In this document: in pieces, positions 51,655 to 61,613 of the stretch
Numbering within the stretch: the first letter of the stretch is position 1
How the letters are laid out: each line of letters starts with the position of its first letter
Program-made: the position numbers and the translations under genes
Source of the DNA: Dehalococcoidia bacterium
Lineage (GTDB): Bacteria > Chloroflexota > Dehalococcoidia > Bin125
Direction: 5' to 3'
Length of the DNA stretch: 64,000 nucleotides
Assembly: GCA_963662615.2 (NCBI GenBank)
Contig: CAXXSR010000001.1
Span: 352,001-416,000 of the forward strand
The notes under the pieces: model-generated
Seen by the model: the letters and a program-made list of their open reading frames with translations, nothing else
Databases searched by the model: none
Told to the model about the DNA's origin: nothing

Positions 51655-52596
51655 ATGTTCCGCAGCGCGTTCCTGGCGATTGCCGCGCTGGTCCTGATGG
51701 CCGCGTGCTTCGGCTTGAGCGAGGCCGAGGAGCGTTACAACGAAGGGGTCGAGCACAGCGAGGACGGGCGATGGGAAGAGGCCATTGGGGAGTACGACGC
51801 GACAATCGAGCTCGACCCTGAGTTTGTTGATGCCTACGTGAACCGCAGCAGCGCCCACAACTATCTTGGCAATTCCGATCAGGCCCTGGCCGATGCGAGC
51901 CGCGCGATCGAGCTTGACGCCGACGTCGTGGAAGCCTACGTGAACCGCAGCAACGCCCACATCAACCTTGGCCATCCCAGTCGGGCCCTGGCCGATGCAA
52001 ACCGCGCGATCGAGCTCGACCCCGACGTCGTGGACGGCTACGTGAACCGCAGTGTCGCGAACTTCGACCTCGGCCATCGAGACGAGGCGATCCGCGACGC
52101 GAGCAGGGCGATCGAGCTGGGATCGGACGACATCAATATCCTGGCGCGCGCCTATCTGGCCCGCTCCGTCGCCTGGGATGACCGCTACGAAGAGGCCCTG
52201 GCCGATGACAATGCGGCCATCACGCTGGAGCCGACCGACGTTAATTTCCTCGCGCAAGTTCATATGAGCCGCGCTTTCCACCTGTCTGCGCTGGGACGAG
52301 ATGATGAGGCGGTCAGGGCCGCGACCGCAGCGATCGATCTCCAGCCGGACGATGTCAATATCCTGGCGCGAGCGCACTTGTTCCGATCAGCCGCCTTGGG
52401 TGACCGCTACGAAGACGCGCTGGCCGATGACGACGCGGCGATCGCGCTTGAGCCGACCGATATCAGTGTCCTCCGGCAAGCCCACTTCAACCGCTCGCTG
52501 GACCTGATGGGCTTGGGACGAGACGCTGAAGCTGCACTAGCCCTTGCCAAGGCTTGCGAGCTGGGACTTGATGGTGCCGCGTGTGCTGAGCCGTAG
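51655..52596 (+). CDS. Tetratricopeptide repeat lipoprotein
   Basis: LMAAC lipobox; repeated AYVNRS...ALADASRAIELDP units. Confidence 0.88.
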   Translation: MFRSAFLAIAALVLMAACFGLSEAEERYNEGVEHSEDGRWEEAIGEYDATIELDPEFVDAYVNRSSAHNYLGNSDQALADASRAIELDADVVEAYVNRSNAHINLGHPSRALADANRAIELDPDVVDGYVNRSVANFDLGHRDEAIRDASRAIELGSDDINILARAYLARSVAWDDRYEEALADDNAAITLEPTDVNFLAQVHMSRAFHLSALGRDDEAVRAATAAIDLQPDDVNILARAHLFRSAALGDRYEDALADDDAAIALEPTDISVLRQAHFNRSLDLMGLGRDAEAALALAKACELGLDGAACAEP

Positions 52597-52877
52597 CCCG
52601 ATTTGGGGTGTGCGAGTCGACGGAGGGTTGGAGGGCTCGCGAGCTTTGGCGTACCGTCCGGTGTCAACGCCGTAACTCGGGACTTCGAAGCCAGGCAGCC
52701 GTCAGCGGTCGTGAACGTGTGGACGTGCGCGCTTCGTCAGCTCTCTCTGCGACCGCCCGAGGAGATCGCGATCGGCGGCGCGCGAGAGGGGCCCCACCAG
52801 CATCACGGCCGGCCCCCGCTCCCTGCCCGCGCCGTCCCCGTCCTCCCGACGTTGACAGCAACGCCGGTGAGGCGGGC

Positions 52878-54044
52878 CTACTGGAGCGTCGCGGTGGCGA
52901 AGGTGACCGAGAAGGGTTGGCAGTAGATGACGGCGACGCGGAAGATCGTGGGATCGACGCCGGCGGGGACGTCGTAATTGACGAAGCCGTTGGTGGCCTT
53001 GACCTTGCCCAGGTCCAGGGCGCCGTCGGCGTGAACGTCGCCGTCGGGATCGGGGGTGAGGTAGACGTGCAGGTCCGGGCCGTTCTGCACGGAGTAGTCC
53101 TGGAAGCGCAAGATCAGGTTGCCTTCCGGCCCTTGCACGAGGAGCACGTCGCCGCTGCCGGTGTGGAAGGCGTCGACGCCCATGAGCTCGCCGCGGGAGA
53201 TGAGCGTGCCGGTTGCCTCGGGTGTGGTGTCCGTTCCTCCTTCGACAGGCACAGGACGAAGGGAGGGTTCGGCAGCAGGTTGCCCCGCGACAGGCTCAGG
53301 ACGAACGGAGGGCTCGACGGTGCCCTCGGGCTCGAGCCTCTCCGGCGCTGCGGGCTCGACGGTGGCTTCTGCCTCGACGGTGCCCTCGGCTTCGAGCATC
53401 TCAGGGATTGTGGGGACGGCGTCGGCTCGCCCTGCGACAGGCTCAGGACGAGCGGTGGGGGCGGGTGCGGCGGCGGCGACGGTCGGCTGCTCGAGCCCCT
53501 CCACCGAAAAGGCGAGGCTCTCGTTGAGCGTTTCGCCTTCGTCGAAGAGGGGTTGGAGGAGCCAGACGGAGAGGACGACGATGCCGGCCACGGCTCCCGC
53601 CGAGAGGATGCCGCCCATGCCCCAGAGGATCGGATAGCGCCGTGGCCCGAACTGTCGCAGGCGCTCCCGGGGTATGCCACCGGAGAGCTCGACAGCGACG
53701 GCGGCGACGACCAACGAGGCCGCGGGGATGAGGAGCGCGTGGATCAGGAAGATGCCTCCGGCAAGGGCGAGGGCGGCGAGGGCGAGGCGAAGGACGTGCG
53801 GGCGGGGCCAAAGTGCGGCAACGGCGATGGCCGTCGCGGCAAGGGCGCCGACGCCGAGGAGCACTCGGAGCGCATCCCCTTCGATGCTGGTGACGCGGAT
53901 GGGCCCCTCGCGCAGGAAGTCGGTGACGACCTGGGAGCTGAGCACGATGATGGCGGCGGTCAGGCCGGCGATCGCCGCCAGGGCGAGCAGAGCGCGCCGG
54001 GTGCTCTCCGTGCGCTGGGGCGATAGGAGAGGGTTCGTGGTCAT
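52878..54044 (-). CDS. Membrane protein with C-terminal DM13 domain
   Basis: Several TM helices; HTGSG, NGPDLHVYL, LDLGKVK, VIYCQPFSVTFA. Confidence 0.85.
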   Translation of the reverse strand: MTTNPLLSPQRTESTRRALLALAAIAGLTAAIIVLSSQVVTDFLREGPIRVTSIEGDALRVLLGVGALAATAIAVAALWPRPHVLRLALAALALAGGIFLIHALLIPAASLVVAAVAVELSGGIPRERLRQFGPRRYPILWGMGGILSAGAVAGIVVLSVWLLQPLFDEGETLNESLAFSVEGLEQPTVAAAAPAPTARPEPVAGRADAVPTIPEMLEAEGTVEAEATVEPAAPERLEPEGTVEPSVRPEPVAGQPAAEPSLRPVPVEGGTDTTPEATGTLISRGELMGVDAFHTGSGDVLLVQGPEGNLILRFQDYSVQNGPDLHVYLTPDPDGDVHADGALDLGKVKATNGFVNYDVPAGVDPTIFRVAVIYCQPFSVTFATATLQ

Positions 54045-54313
54045 CGTTGTCCTCGTCGCAACTCTGGAGAGCGCTGGGGCTCAGGACGGTCGCAGCGGGC
54101 ATCCAGGCTCAGCGTTTCAGCCTCGGGCCCGATGCGAATCGTTGTGAGGCTCAACGGCAGCATCTCAAGCTATTCTTGCCGATTTCTTGCGCCGGTGCGA
54201 CGCATTGGCTCCGCGATGGGCCAATTGTCGCGGGCGTTGCAGTTCAAGTGCCTTGAGGTGAACACCAGCGATCGCCGGCCAGCGTCCAAGCATCGCGGCG
54301 GGCTTGCATCGAT

Positions 54314-55363
54314 CTACGTGGCGACGCCGACCTCGTTGGCGACTTCCTGGATCTGCCGCCAGGTCTCGTCGTCGATGGGGATGCCGTCGCGGCCGCGCTC
54401 CGTCGCGGTGCGGTGCTCGGGTTCGCCGGGCACCAGGATCTCCGTGAAGCCGGGTGCGTAAGGCGGAGTCTTGACGTAGTCCACGAGGGCGGCGAAATCG
54501 CGCTGGAACTCCTCCACCGGCGTGAAGGCGGCGATGTTCACGGCCAGCAGCCAGATGGCGTTGTCGCCGAACTCTTTGGCATTGGGCCCGGAGCAGCCGG
54601 CGCCCGAGAGCGCACCGGCGAGCGCCTCGACCATCAGCGCCAAGGCAAAGCCTTTGTGGGCGACGTTCCCGCCCATGGGGAGGACGGCCCCTTTGGGCGG
54701 GCCGAAGAAGTCGTCGGCCGTTTGGGCGGGCGAGCCGTCGGCCTTGATCGCCCAGCCGTCGGGGAGGGGGGCGTCCAAGTTCTGCTTCACGCGCAGCTTG
54801 CCGATGGCCACGACGCTGGCCGTCATGTCCACGAGGAACGGTTGGGCCGGCCGCCCGGTGGGGACGGCCATGCTGAAGGGGTTTGGCGACGTCCGCGCTT
54901 CGATGCCACCGTAGGGCGCCATGGACTGCCCGCCGCCGCTGTTGTTCACGGCCGCCATGCCCAACAGGCCCGCCGCCGCGATCATCTCGGGATAGGCGCC
55001 GACGCGTCCCACATGGGCGCAGTCGGTTGCGGTGACCATGCCGATGTTCGCTGCTTGCGCCTTGGCGATGGCCAGATCCGTGGCCTTGCGGGCCGTGACT
55101 TGGCCGAAGTTGTGATGGCCACGGACAACAGCCGTGATGGCGGTCTCGCGCTCGATGGTGATCTCGGCGCCGGGGCGGAACTGTCCCGCCTTGAGCCGCC
55201 GCACGTATTGGGGGATGCGGAGGACGCCGTGGGAGTCGTGGCCGGCGAGGTTGGAGCCAATCAGGTGCGCGGCGAGTTCCCGCGCGTCGCTCTCCGGCAC
55301 GTCCAGAGCGGTGAAGATGTTGACCGTCAGCTCGCGCAGATCATCGGGCATGATGGTGGGCAT
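54314..55363 (-). CDS. Ldh_2 (malate/L-lactate/ureidoglycolate dehydrogenase family) oxidoreductase
   Basis: GHDSHGVLRIPQY, HVGRVG, NPFSMA, DMTAS, HKGFAL, VPGEPE. Confidence 0.9.
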   Translation of the reverse strand: MPTIMPDDLRELTVNIFTALDVPESDARELAAHLIGSNLAGHDSHGVLRIPQYVRRLKAGQFRPGAEITIERETAITAVVRGHHNFGQVTARKATDLAIAKAQAANIGMVTATDCAHVGRVGAYPEMIAAAGLLGMAAVNNSGGGQSMAPYGGIEARTSPNPFSMAVPTGRPAQPFLVDMTASVVAIGKLRVKQNLDAPLPDGWAIKADGSPAQTADDFFGPPKGAVLPMGGNVAHKGFALALMVEALAGALSGAGCSGPNAKEFGDNAIWLLAVNIAAFTPVEEFQRDFAALVDYVKTPPYAPGFTEILVPGEPEHRTATERGRDGIPIDDETWRQIQEVANEVGVAT

Positions 55364-55530
55364 CGCGTTCCTCCGGGCTGCAAGATACACGCAGGCCGGG
55401 GGAGCGTCGTTGGGCGTGGTGACGGCCTGGGGACGGTCGAGCGTTGAGCGTTGTCGCTGGGCGCAGTGGGCGGAAGCCGGGGCGCGCCGGCGCAGCGGGG
55501 CTGGGGGAGGCGAGCGTCGGGCCGCGACGA

Positions 55531-56868
55531 TCAGAGGCCGATGCCGAGGCCGACCCCAATGACCGTCGTGATTAGGTCGCCGAGATCGGGGAGGAGCAGG
55601 TCGCCGACGTCGGGCAGGAGGACCCCGTTGAGCGTGGCGATCCCCGTGGCGAACGAGAGGCCGAGTTCCTGCAGCGCCTGCGCCGACACGGGGGAGAGCG
55701 CGGGCGTTTCGGCGACGGTATTGACGAACTCGGCGGTGGCGTCGAGAGCGGCGGTGTAAGTCCCGGCGCTGAGCTGGCCGATAATGGCGTCGAGGCTGGC
55801 CTGGATGCTGCTGACTGAGGCCTCGTCGTCCGTGCACAGGCTCACGAGCGCCTTCGTGCTCTCCAGGGCGGCGAGCACCGCCGCGAGATCCGGCGTGCCG
55901 ACCATGATCGACGTGCGGGCGGTGAGCCCGTTGCTGGTGACGTCCACCGCCGTCGCGCCGGCCGCGACGTCCGCCGGCAGGGCGACCTGCACGGCGTTGC
56001 CCCCGCAGATCAAGGTCGCCTCGCTTTCGACGCCTCCCACGGTCACAGACGGAGTCGCGCCGAAGTTGTCACCGCGAAGCATGAAGACGCGGGAGGCTGC
56101 GGGGTCGATGACGGCCGGGAGGACGTCGTCGATGACGGGCCCACCCACGAACGGCTCAAGCGGCCACGTGGTTGGCCGCGTAGTGACGGCCCAGAGCACC
56201 GCGTAGCGGGGGAGGGCGTTGAGGGTGTTCAGGATCTCGGGCGCTCCGCGCCTGAACGATCGGTACGTCTGGCTGGCGGGATCCAGGTAGAAGAGAGAGG
56301 TGACGGGGGCGAGGTCGGGAAGTTGCGCCAGGGCATCCGCGGGGCTGAGACCGTTGGGGCCCAGGTAGGGGATCAAATTGAAGCCCTGGGCCAAGGGGAG
56401 CGTTTGCGCCGGGTACGGAAGCGCCGGCCCACCCCACGTGCTGGGGCGGTCCAGCAAGAGGAAGAGCGCCTGGTTGGAGTGCAGGCGGCTGAGCGTATTG
56501 AGGAAGGCCGGCCCGTTCCGCCAGACGTTGAAGCGATCAGTGTCGGGGTCGTAGGCGAAGATCGCGGCGAGGGCATCCGGATCTGCGAGGCCGACCGCGA
56601 TCGTCCCCGCGTCGGCGCCGTCCGGGCCGCTGTAGGTGAAGCCGTTGAAGCCCTGGAAGAGGGCGACGGTGCGCGGACCTGATGCGGCTGCTATCTGCGA
56701 GTCCTGCTGCGTTCCGTACGAATCCTCCGAGATAGTGGCAGCGAGCGCGGAGGGCGCGCGCACGAGAGCCGACACGCCCAGGAGCAAGGCGATCACGGCC
56801 GCGATCAGGAGGAGGGAGAGGGGCTTCGGTAGACCCTTGGTTGCGGGAACGTGCAAGCGACCGTCCAA
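55531..56868 (-). CDS. Secreted protein: two unnamed surface modules, IPT/TIG-like domain and helical C-terminus
   Basis: Signal peptide; LFQGFN and LAQGFNL modules; LRGDNFG...VTVGG IPT-like motif; start uncertain. Confidence 0.7.
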   Translation of the reverse strand: MDGRLHVPATKGLPKPLSLLLIAAVIALLLGVSALVRAPSALAATISEDSYGTQQDSQIAAASGPRTVALFQGFNGFTYSGPDGADAGTIAVGLADPDALAAIFAYDPDTDRFNVWRNGPAFLNTLSRLHSNQALFLLLDRPSTWGGPALPYPAQTLPLAQGFNLIPYLGPNGLSPADALAQLPDLAPVTSLFYLDPASQTYRSFRRGAPEILNTLNALPRYAVLWAVTTRPTTWPLEPFVGGPVIDDVLPAVIDPAASRVFMLRGDNFGATPSVTVGGVESEATLICGGNAVQVALPADVAAGATAVDVTSNGLTARTSIMVGTPDLAAVLAALESTKALVSLCTDDEASVSSIQASLDAIIGQLSAGTYTAALDATAEFVNTVAETPALSPVSAQALQELGLSFATGIATLNGVLLPDVGDLLLPDLGDLITTVIGVGLGIGL

Positions 56869-56979
56869 TCGAGACCGGGCCGTATTCCGGCGATGCTCCC
56901 AGAGTTCACCGCGTCGCTTGATAGACCCTCGATGGGGTCCGTCGTGACGACCGACGCGGCGGCGAGTGAGGGCACTGCC

Positions 56980-57372
56980 TCAAGACGGGAGCTGGTCGAG
57001 GCGGCGGAGGAGGGTCGTGGGGCCGGACACGGTGGCGCCCAGGGCTTGGACGCGCCGGCGTAGCTCGCGGTCGGAGGTGACGACGCAGAGGGAGGGGGGC
57101 GAGGGATCGGCGGCGACGGCCTCGACGATGCGGTCGTCGGCGGCGTCGCGGCCGAGCCGGCGGGCGTAGAGCACGCGCAGTCCTGCCTGCTCCCCCTCCG
57201 GGACCTGCGGAGAGGGGCGCCCGTCCAAGACGACGATCATCTCATCGCCGGTGGCGGCGACGAGGTCGCCCAGCCGCTCGATCAGGCGGGCGGCGGCGCC
57301 GTCGCGGTCGCGCCACCAGCCGGTAGGGCGGGAGCCGATGACGTTCATGGCGTCGATGAGGAGGCGGGCCAT
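56980..57372 (-). CDS. NYN/YacP-like PIN-fold ribonuclease
   Basis: LLIDAMNV, VVLDG, AADDRI, VVTSDREL. Confidence 0.85.
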   Translation of the reverse strand: MARLLIDAMNVIGSRPTGWWRDRDGAAARLIERLGDLVAATGDEMIVVLDGRPSPQVPEGEQAGLRVLYARRLGRDAADDRIVEAVAADPSPPSLCVVTSDRELRRRVQALGATVSGPTTLLRRLDQLPS

Positions 57373-57429
57373 CGGATCATCGTAGGTGCTGAGGCATCGG
57401 CGCCGGCAGCATGCTGGGGCGGGGAGAGC

Positions 57430-57830
57430 CGTTCGCCCCTTCGACAGGCTCAGGACGAACGGTTTTTTCGCCCGCGCTCGCGACTCGTGTGGGCCAACGC
57501 GGCGTTCGCATCCGCTCGCGCCGGGGTTCGATGATCAGGACGATGTCGGCGCTCTTCGAGCCTTCGTCCTTCCCGCGGGGAAGGATCAGGGCAGGCGGGC
57601 TTCCTTCCGCGCCGCGGAAGGACTGATCGCCTTCCCAGGAGAGAAGGACAGGTCAGGGTGAGCGGCTTGCGGCGCCGGCAGCGTGCTGGGGCGGAGAAAG
57701 CCGTTCGCCCCTTCGTCCTTCCCGGGGGGAAGGATCAGGACAGGCAGGCTTCCTTCCGCGCCGCGGAAGGACTGATCGCCTTCCCAGGAGGCAAGGACAG
57801 GTCAGGAGGAACGGTCAGGGTGAGCGGCTT
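57430..57830 (+). repeat. Mosaic cluster of B, A and two D repeat units
   Basis: Seen directly in sequence. Confidence 0.85.
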
Positions 57831-57883
57831 GCGGCGCAGCGCGGCGGATGGGGGGCCGGGGAAAGGAAGCGGTGGGGGGAGGG

Positions 57884-57919
57884 AAAAACGAGGGGCGGGG
57901 CCGGGAGGCCCCGCCCTTT
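57884..57919 (-). terminator. Probable intrinsic terminator of the 58203-57940 gene
   Basis: GGGCGGGGCC-TCCC-GGCCCCGCCC hairpin followed by CTCGTTTTT on the minus strand. Confidence 0.65.
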
Positions 57920-57939
57920 GCGAACGCCACGGCCGGTGG

Positions 57940-58203
57940 TTAGACGCCCAACTCGCAGGTGCCGTTGCCAAGGTCAACGGCCTCGTCGAGAATCACGTCT
58001 CCGTGCTTGGCCATATGGGTAGGAGCCGAGGACGGCCTAACGTCGATGATCTCTCCAACGTCACTGGCGCTGTCGAAGTGGCAGATGGTGGCCTTCTCGG
58101 CGTGGCCGAACGCATTCGCGTTGCCGGCGAGGGCCACGCCGGGAATCATCGCGCCGCCGACCAGGGCGGTGGCGAAGACGAGGCCAATCAACTTCCTTTT
58201 CAT
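57940..58203 (-). CDS. Small secreted protein with KxTICH...H..HGD...C motif
   Basis: AAGGA RBS; signal peptide ending ALA; KATICH motif. Confidence 0.75.
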   Translation of the reverse strand: MKRKLIGLVFATALVGGAMIPGVALAGNANAFGHAEKATICHFDSASDVGEIIDVRPSSAPTHMAKHGDVILDEAVDLGNGTCELGV

Positions 58204-59047
58204 GACGAATTCCTTTCAAGTAGAGCTGCTGTTGGTCGCTCGTCCTTGAGCGGGTTTGCCGCGTACTTGCGGTTTATGGAGTTCAGGGGGCGCTAGGGCC
58301 CCGTTTGTTGCGCGGCCGTCACGAGTATTCGAGGAGGATCACGCCGTCCTTTCCACTGCCTTCTGGGGCGCCTGCCTTGCGGGAAACGCCTGTGTTGCCG
58401 GATCGTCCGGCTTCATCGCCATTGCTGATGCCACTGCCCCGATTCCGCCTCCGGGAGCGCCATAGGGCCACGTCGTTGACGCTGGAACTGCTTCCCGCGT
58501 CGTTGGCGTGCAAATGGCCTCGGGCGGGCAAGCAGGGCTCAGGCTTGAAGGAGCGCGTGCCGGGGTCGCTCGGCGCGGATGCGCGTCGGATCGCAGGGGA
58601 AGGGCAGGCCGGGCGCCTGCGGCGAAGCCGGGCAGCCATCGTTCACGTACCTCCGTGCGATGCTCGACGCTGCCGTCCTGCGTCTCTGCGAGCAGGGCCA
58701 CCGTCGGTTTTCGCTGCGGCGGCCACTTGCTGGGGTCGCGGTACCCCTCGCCGAATAGACGCGCGCGAGGGGCCGGTCGTTACGTTCTTCCCCGCACTTT
58801 TCTCGAACCGGCGCGCCGACTCCTGCGCTGCGACTCCTGCGCACAGTGGCTCCTTCGCGTTGGCGACGAGCCGGGCGCTCGCGGGGTCAGGGGAGGGGCC
58901 CCGAGCCGGGGGCCGGCAGGGAGCGTACGCTGCCCCCGGTGGGGCGGGAGTCTTTTGGGCGCGCAATCATTTGGTAAGAGCGATGGAGGACAATACGCGG
59001 GAGGATAGGCGCAGACCGGCGACGGCGGACAGGGGGACGGCAGGGCG

Positions 59048-60523
59048 ATGAGTCCCGGAGCGCAGCGACTCGGGCGAGGCCTGCGGCACCGGCGGGCGCT
59101 GATGCTGGTGGCGGGGGTCGTCATCATCGCGCTGGGCGCCGCGGCGTGCGCAGGTGACGGCACCAGCCCTGCCCCCTCGGACCCGGCGGCAACGTCGGGC
59201 CCGCCGCCGCCAGCCGTCACGGCGACGGACGCGCCCGATCCCCTCTCGTCGCCGTCGGAGCCGCTGGAGCAGCTCGAGCCGCCGGAAGCGACCAACACCA
59301 GGACTGAGGCGCCGCCGGCTGCAGCGGATGCGGTCGCAGAGGCGGTTGCGCCGGCGGTTGCTCAGGCGGTTGCGCAGGAAGGGGGCCGGGCCCCCCTGGC
59401 CGACGACGGGCGCCGGATCATCGCCGGGCTGGACACCACGCTTCGCTCCGTGGATCTCGAGGACATTGAGTTCGACCTCTATCCTGCCAAGGTTTCGCTC
59501 GCCGAGGCGTCCGAGCGCGTCGTCCGTGAGATGGTCGATGCGATCCCCCCGCTCGACTCCGCTCTGGACCTCCTCCCGCCCGCCGTGCGAGCGCGCGTGG
59601 GCAGCGTTCGCTACATCACGGCTGGGGAGGCGGATTTCCTTACGGCCGAGGCCGTGGTCGTGGGCTACGTGGCGGATGACGGCCAGCCCTACGCCTTCTC
59701 GCTCGGAGTGCTGCGCAACCACGAACTCGTCAACGACACCCTTGGCGGGCGCGCGGTCCTCATCTCCTACTGCCCGCTCTGCCGCAGCGCGGTGGTCTAC
59801 GACCGCGTGGTGGACGGGCGGTTGTTGACCTTTGGCAATACCAGTGCGCTCTACCAGAACGACATGGTGATGTTCGATCGCCAGACCAACTCGTACTGGT
59901 TCCAGACCGGTGGTGAGGCGATCATCGGGCCGTTGACGGGGAGCCGCCTCGCGGTGCGGCCGTCGCAACTGGCGCCATGGGAGTCGTGGCGGCGCCTGCA
60001 TCCCGACACGCTCGTGCTCAGCACGGAGACCGGGTTCGTCGCCAACTACAGCGAACGCGGATCCCCCCTGTACGCGACGTTCGTGAGTGCCGGACACCTC
60101 CCTTTTTCTGTCGATGCAGAGATCCTGGCCGACACCCAGCTCGACCTGGCGGAACTGGTGCTGGGTCTAGAGGTGGGCGGAACCGCCCGCGCCTATCCGC
60201 TCGATCAGCTGGGGACGGCAGCGGTGAACGATGCGATCGAGGGCCAGGCCGTCGTCGTCTTTGCGTCCGCGGACGGACCCACCGGCGCCGCCTTCGACCC
60301 GACGGTGGAGGGACGGCGCCTCACGTTCGATGCGGATGGGGACGCTTATCGCGATCGCGAGACGGGGTCGCGGTGGAGCCTGAGCGGCCAGGCGATCGCG
60401 GGACCGCTGGCGGGCCACCAGCTCACGCCGCTACTGGCGCGGACGGCGTACTGGTTTTCCTATCTCAGCGCCTTCCGCGACGCAACCGTGGCGGGACAGG
60501 AGGGGCCCGCGGACGAGGAGTGA
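59048..60523 (+). CDS. DUF3179 family lipoprotein
   Basis: DAIPPLD, HELVND, YCPLC, FGNTSALY, DRQTNSYWFQ, DRETGSRW; AAAC lipobox. Confidence 0.88.
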   Translation: MSPGAQRLGRGLRHRRALMLVAGVVIIALGAAACAGDGTSPAPSDPAATSGPPPPAVTATDAPDPLSSPSEPLEQLEPPEATNTRTEAPPAAADAVAEAVAPAVAQAVAQEGGRAPLADDGRRIIAGLDTTLRSVDLEDIEFDLYPAKVSLAEASERVVREMVDAIPPLDSALDLLPPAVRARVGSVRYITAGEADFLTAEAVVVGYVADDGQPYAFSLGVLRNHELVNDTLGGRAVLISYCPLCRSAVVYDRVVDGRLLTFGNTSALYQNDMVMFDRQTNSYWFQTGGEAIIGPLTGSRLAVRPSQLAPWESWRRLHPDTLVLSTETGFVANYSERGSPLYATFVSAGHLPFSVDAEILADTQLDLAELVLGLEVGGTARAYPLDQLGTAAVNDAIEGQAVVVFASADGPTGAAFDPTVEGRRLTFDADGDAYRDRETGSRWSLSGQAIAGPLAGHQLTPLLARTAYWFSYLSAFRDATVAGQEGPADEE

Positions 60524-60697
60524 GCCCGGCCGCGATCTTGGGAGGGGCCCCGAGCCGGGGTCCGGCTGGGAGCGTACGCTGCCCCCTGGAGGAGCGGGAG
60601 CCTTTGGCGCTCGCAATCATTTGGTTAGAGCGGTGTAGGACAATACGCGGCGAGATAGGCGCGGGCTTGCGACGGCGGAACAGGGGACGGCAGGGTG

Positions 60698-61600
60698 ATG
60701 AGTCCCGGAGCGCAGCGACTCGCGCGAGACCTGCAGCAAGGCCAGGCGCTGACGGTGGTGGCGGCGGTCATGATCATCGCGCTGGGCGCCGCGGCGTGCG
60801 GGGGCAACGAGGACCTTCCGATGCCGCCGGCCGCTGAGGGCCCGGCCGCGACGGCGCCGCCCGCTGAGCGACCGGCCGCACGCCCGGCGGAGGAGGCGGT
60901 TCCCGCTCCAGAGCCGGAGCCAGCGGCCCCGCCCGCAGTTGAGGCCCCGGTCGAAGAGCCGGCAGCGGTGGAGCCCGAAGAGCCGCCCGTCGCCGCGGAC
61001 GGGGAAGGGCCCGCGGTGACCGCGGTCCAAGAGCTGGCGCTGCTGGAGAACTACGCCGTCACCAGCTTCTTCCCCGAGACGATCGTGGTGCTCAAGGGCG
61101 TTCCGGTCAGGTTGTACTTTTCCAGGCTTCATCAGGAGCATGTCAACCGGTTCACGATCGAGCCCTTCCTGGACAGTTCAGACGTGATCCTTCCTGGTGA
61201 GGTGGGGGTCCTCGAATTCTTGCCGGATGAGGTCGGGGTCTTTGAGATCAACAACGTCGGACACGATTTCCAGGCGACGCTGATCGTCGTTGAGGATGAG
61301 GAGGCGGCGAGGGCGATGCTGACGGAGCCGGGCATACAGACGCTGGCGCTGATCTACAGGCTGGACGACGGGCGGATCTTTCCGGGAGAGGTCGTCGTGG
61401 AGAGGGGCATGCCCGTCAAGGTCTACAGCTTGGGGATCGAGGCCGAGTATCGGGTCTCGGTGCCGCCCTTCTACAGCGCCGAGGCGGTCAACGTCGGTAT
61501 GGGCGAGATCAACACGTTCGAGTTCACCCCGGACCAGGCGGGCACCTTTACCATCCGCGACGAGCTGCACGGGCTCGAGGCGACGCTGATCGTGAAGTGA
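60698..61600 (+). CDS. Lipoprotein with two cupredoxin-like domains
   Basis: AAAC lipobox; FFPETIVVLKGVPV...EFLPDEVGVF and IFPGEVVVERGMPV...EFTPDQAGTF. Confidence 0.7.
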   Translation: MSPGAQRLARDLQQGQALTVVAAVMIIALGAAACGGNEDLPMPPAAEGPAATAPPAERPAARPAEEAVPAPEPEPAAPPAVEAPVEEPAAVEPEEPPVAADGEGPAVTAVQELALLENYAVTSFFPETIVVLKGVPVRLYFSRLHQEHVNRFTIEPFLDSSDVILPGEVGVLEFLPDEVGVFEINNVGHDFQATLIVVEDEEAARAMLTEPGIQTLALIYRLDDGRIFPGEVVVERGMPVKVYSLGIEAEYRVSVPPFYSAEAVNVGMGEINTFEFTPDQAGTFTIRDELHGLEATLIVK

Positions 61601-61613
61601 GGGAGGAAGCAAC

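Noticed and set aside
58205-58320. Riboswitch upstream of the small secreted protein
   Set aside because: Hairpins and a GGCAAACC word are present, but I could not match a full c-di-GMP or other consensus; needs an Rfam scan
59048-60523. Selenoprotein form of DUF3179
   Set aside because: Motif is CPLC with ordinary Cys codons; no in-frame TGA
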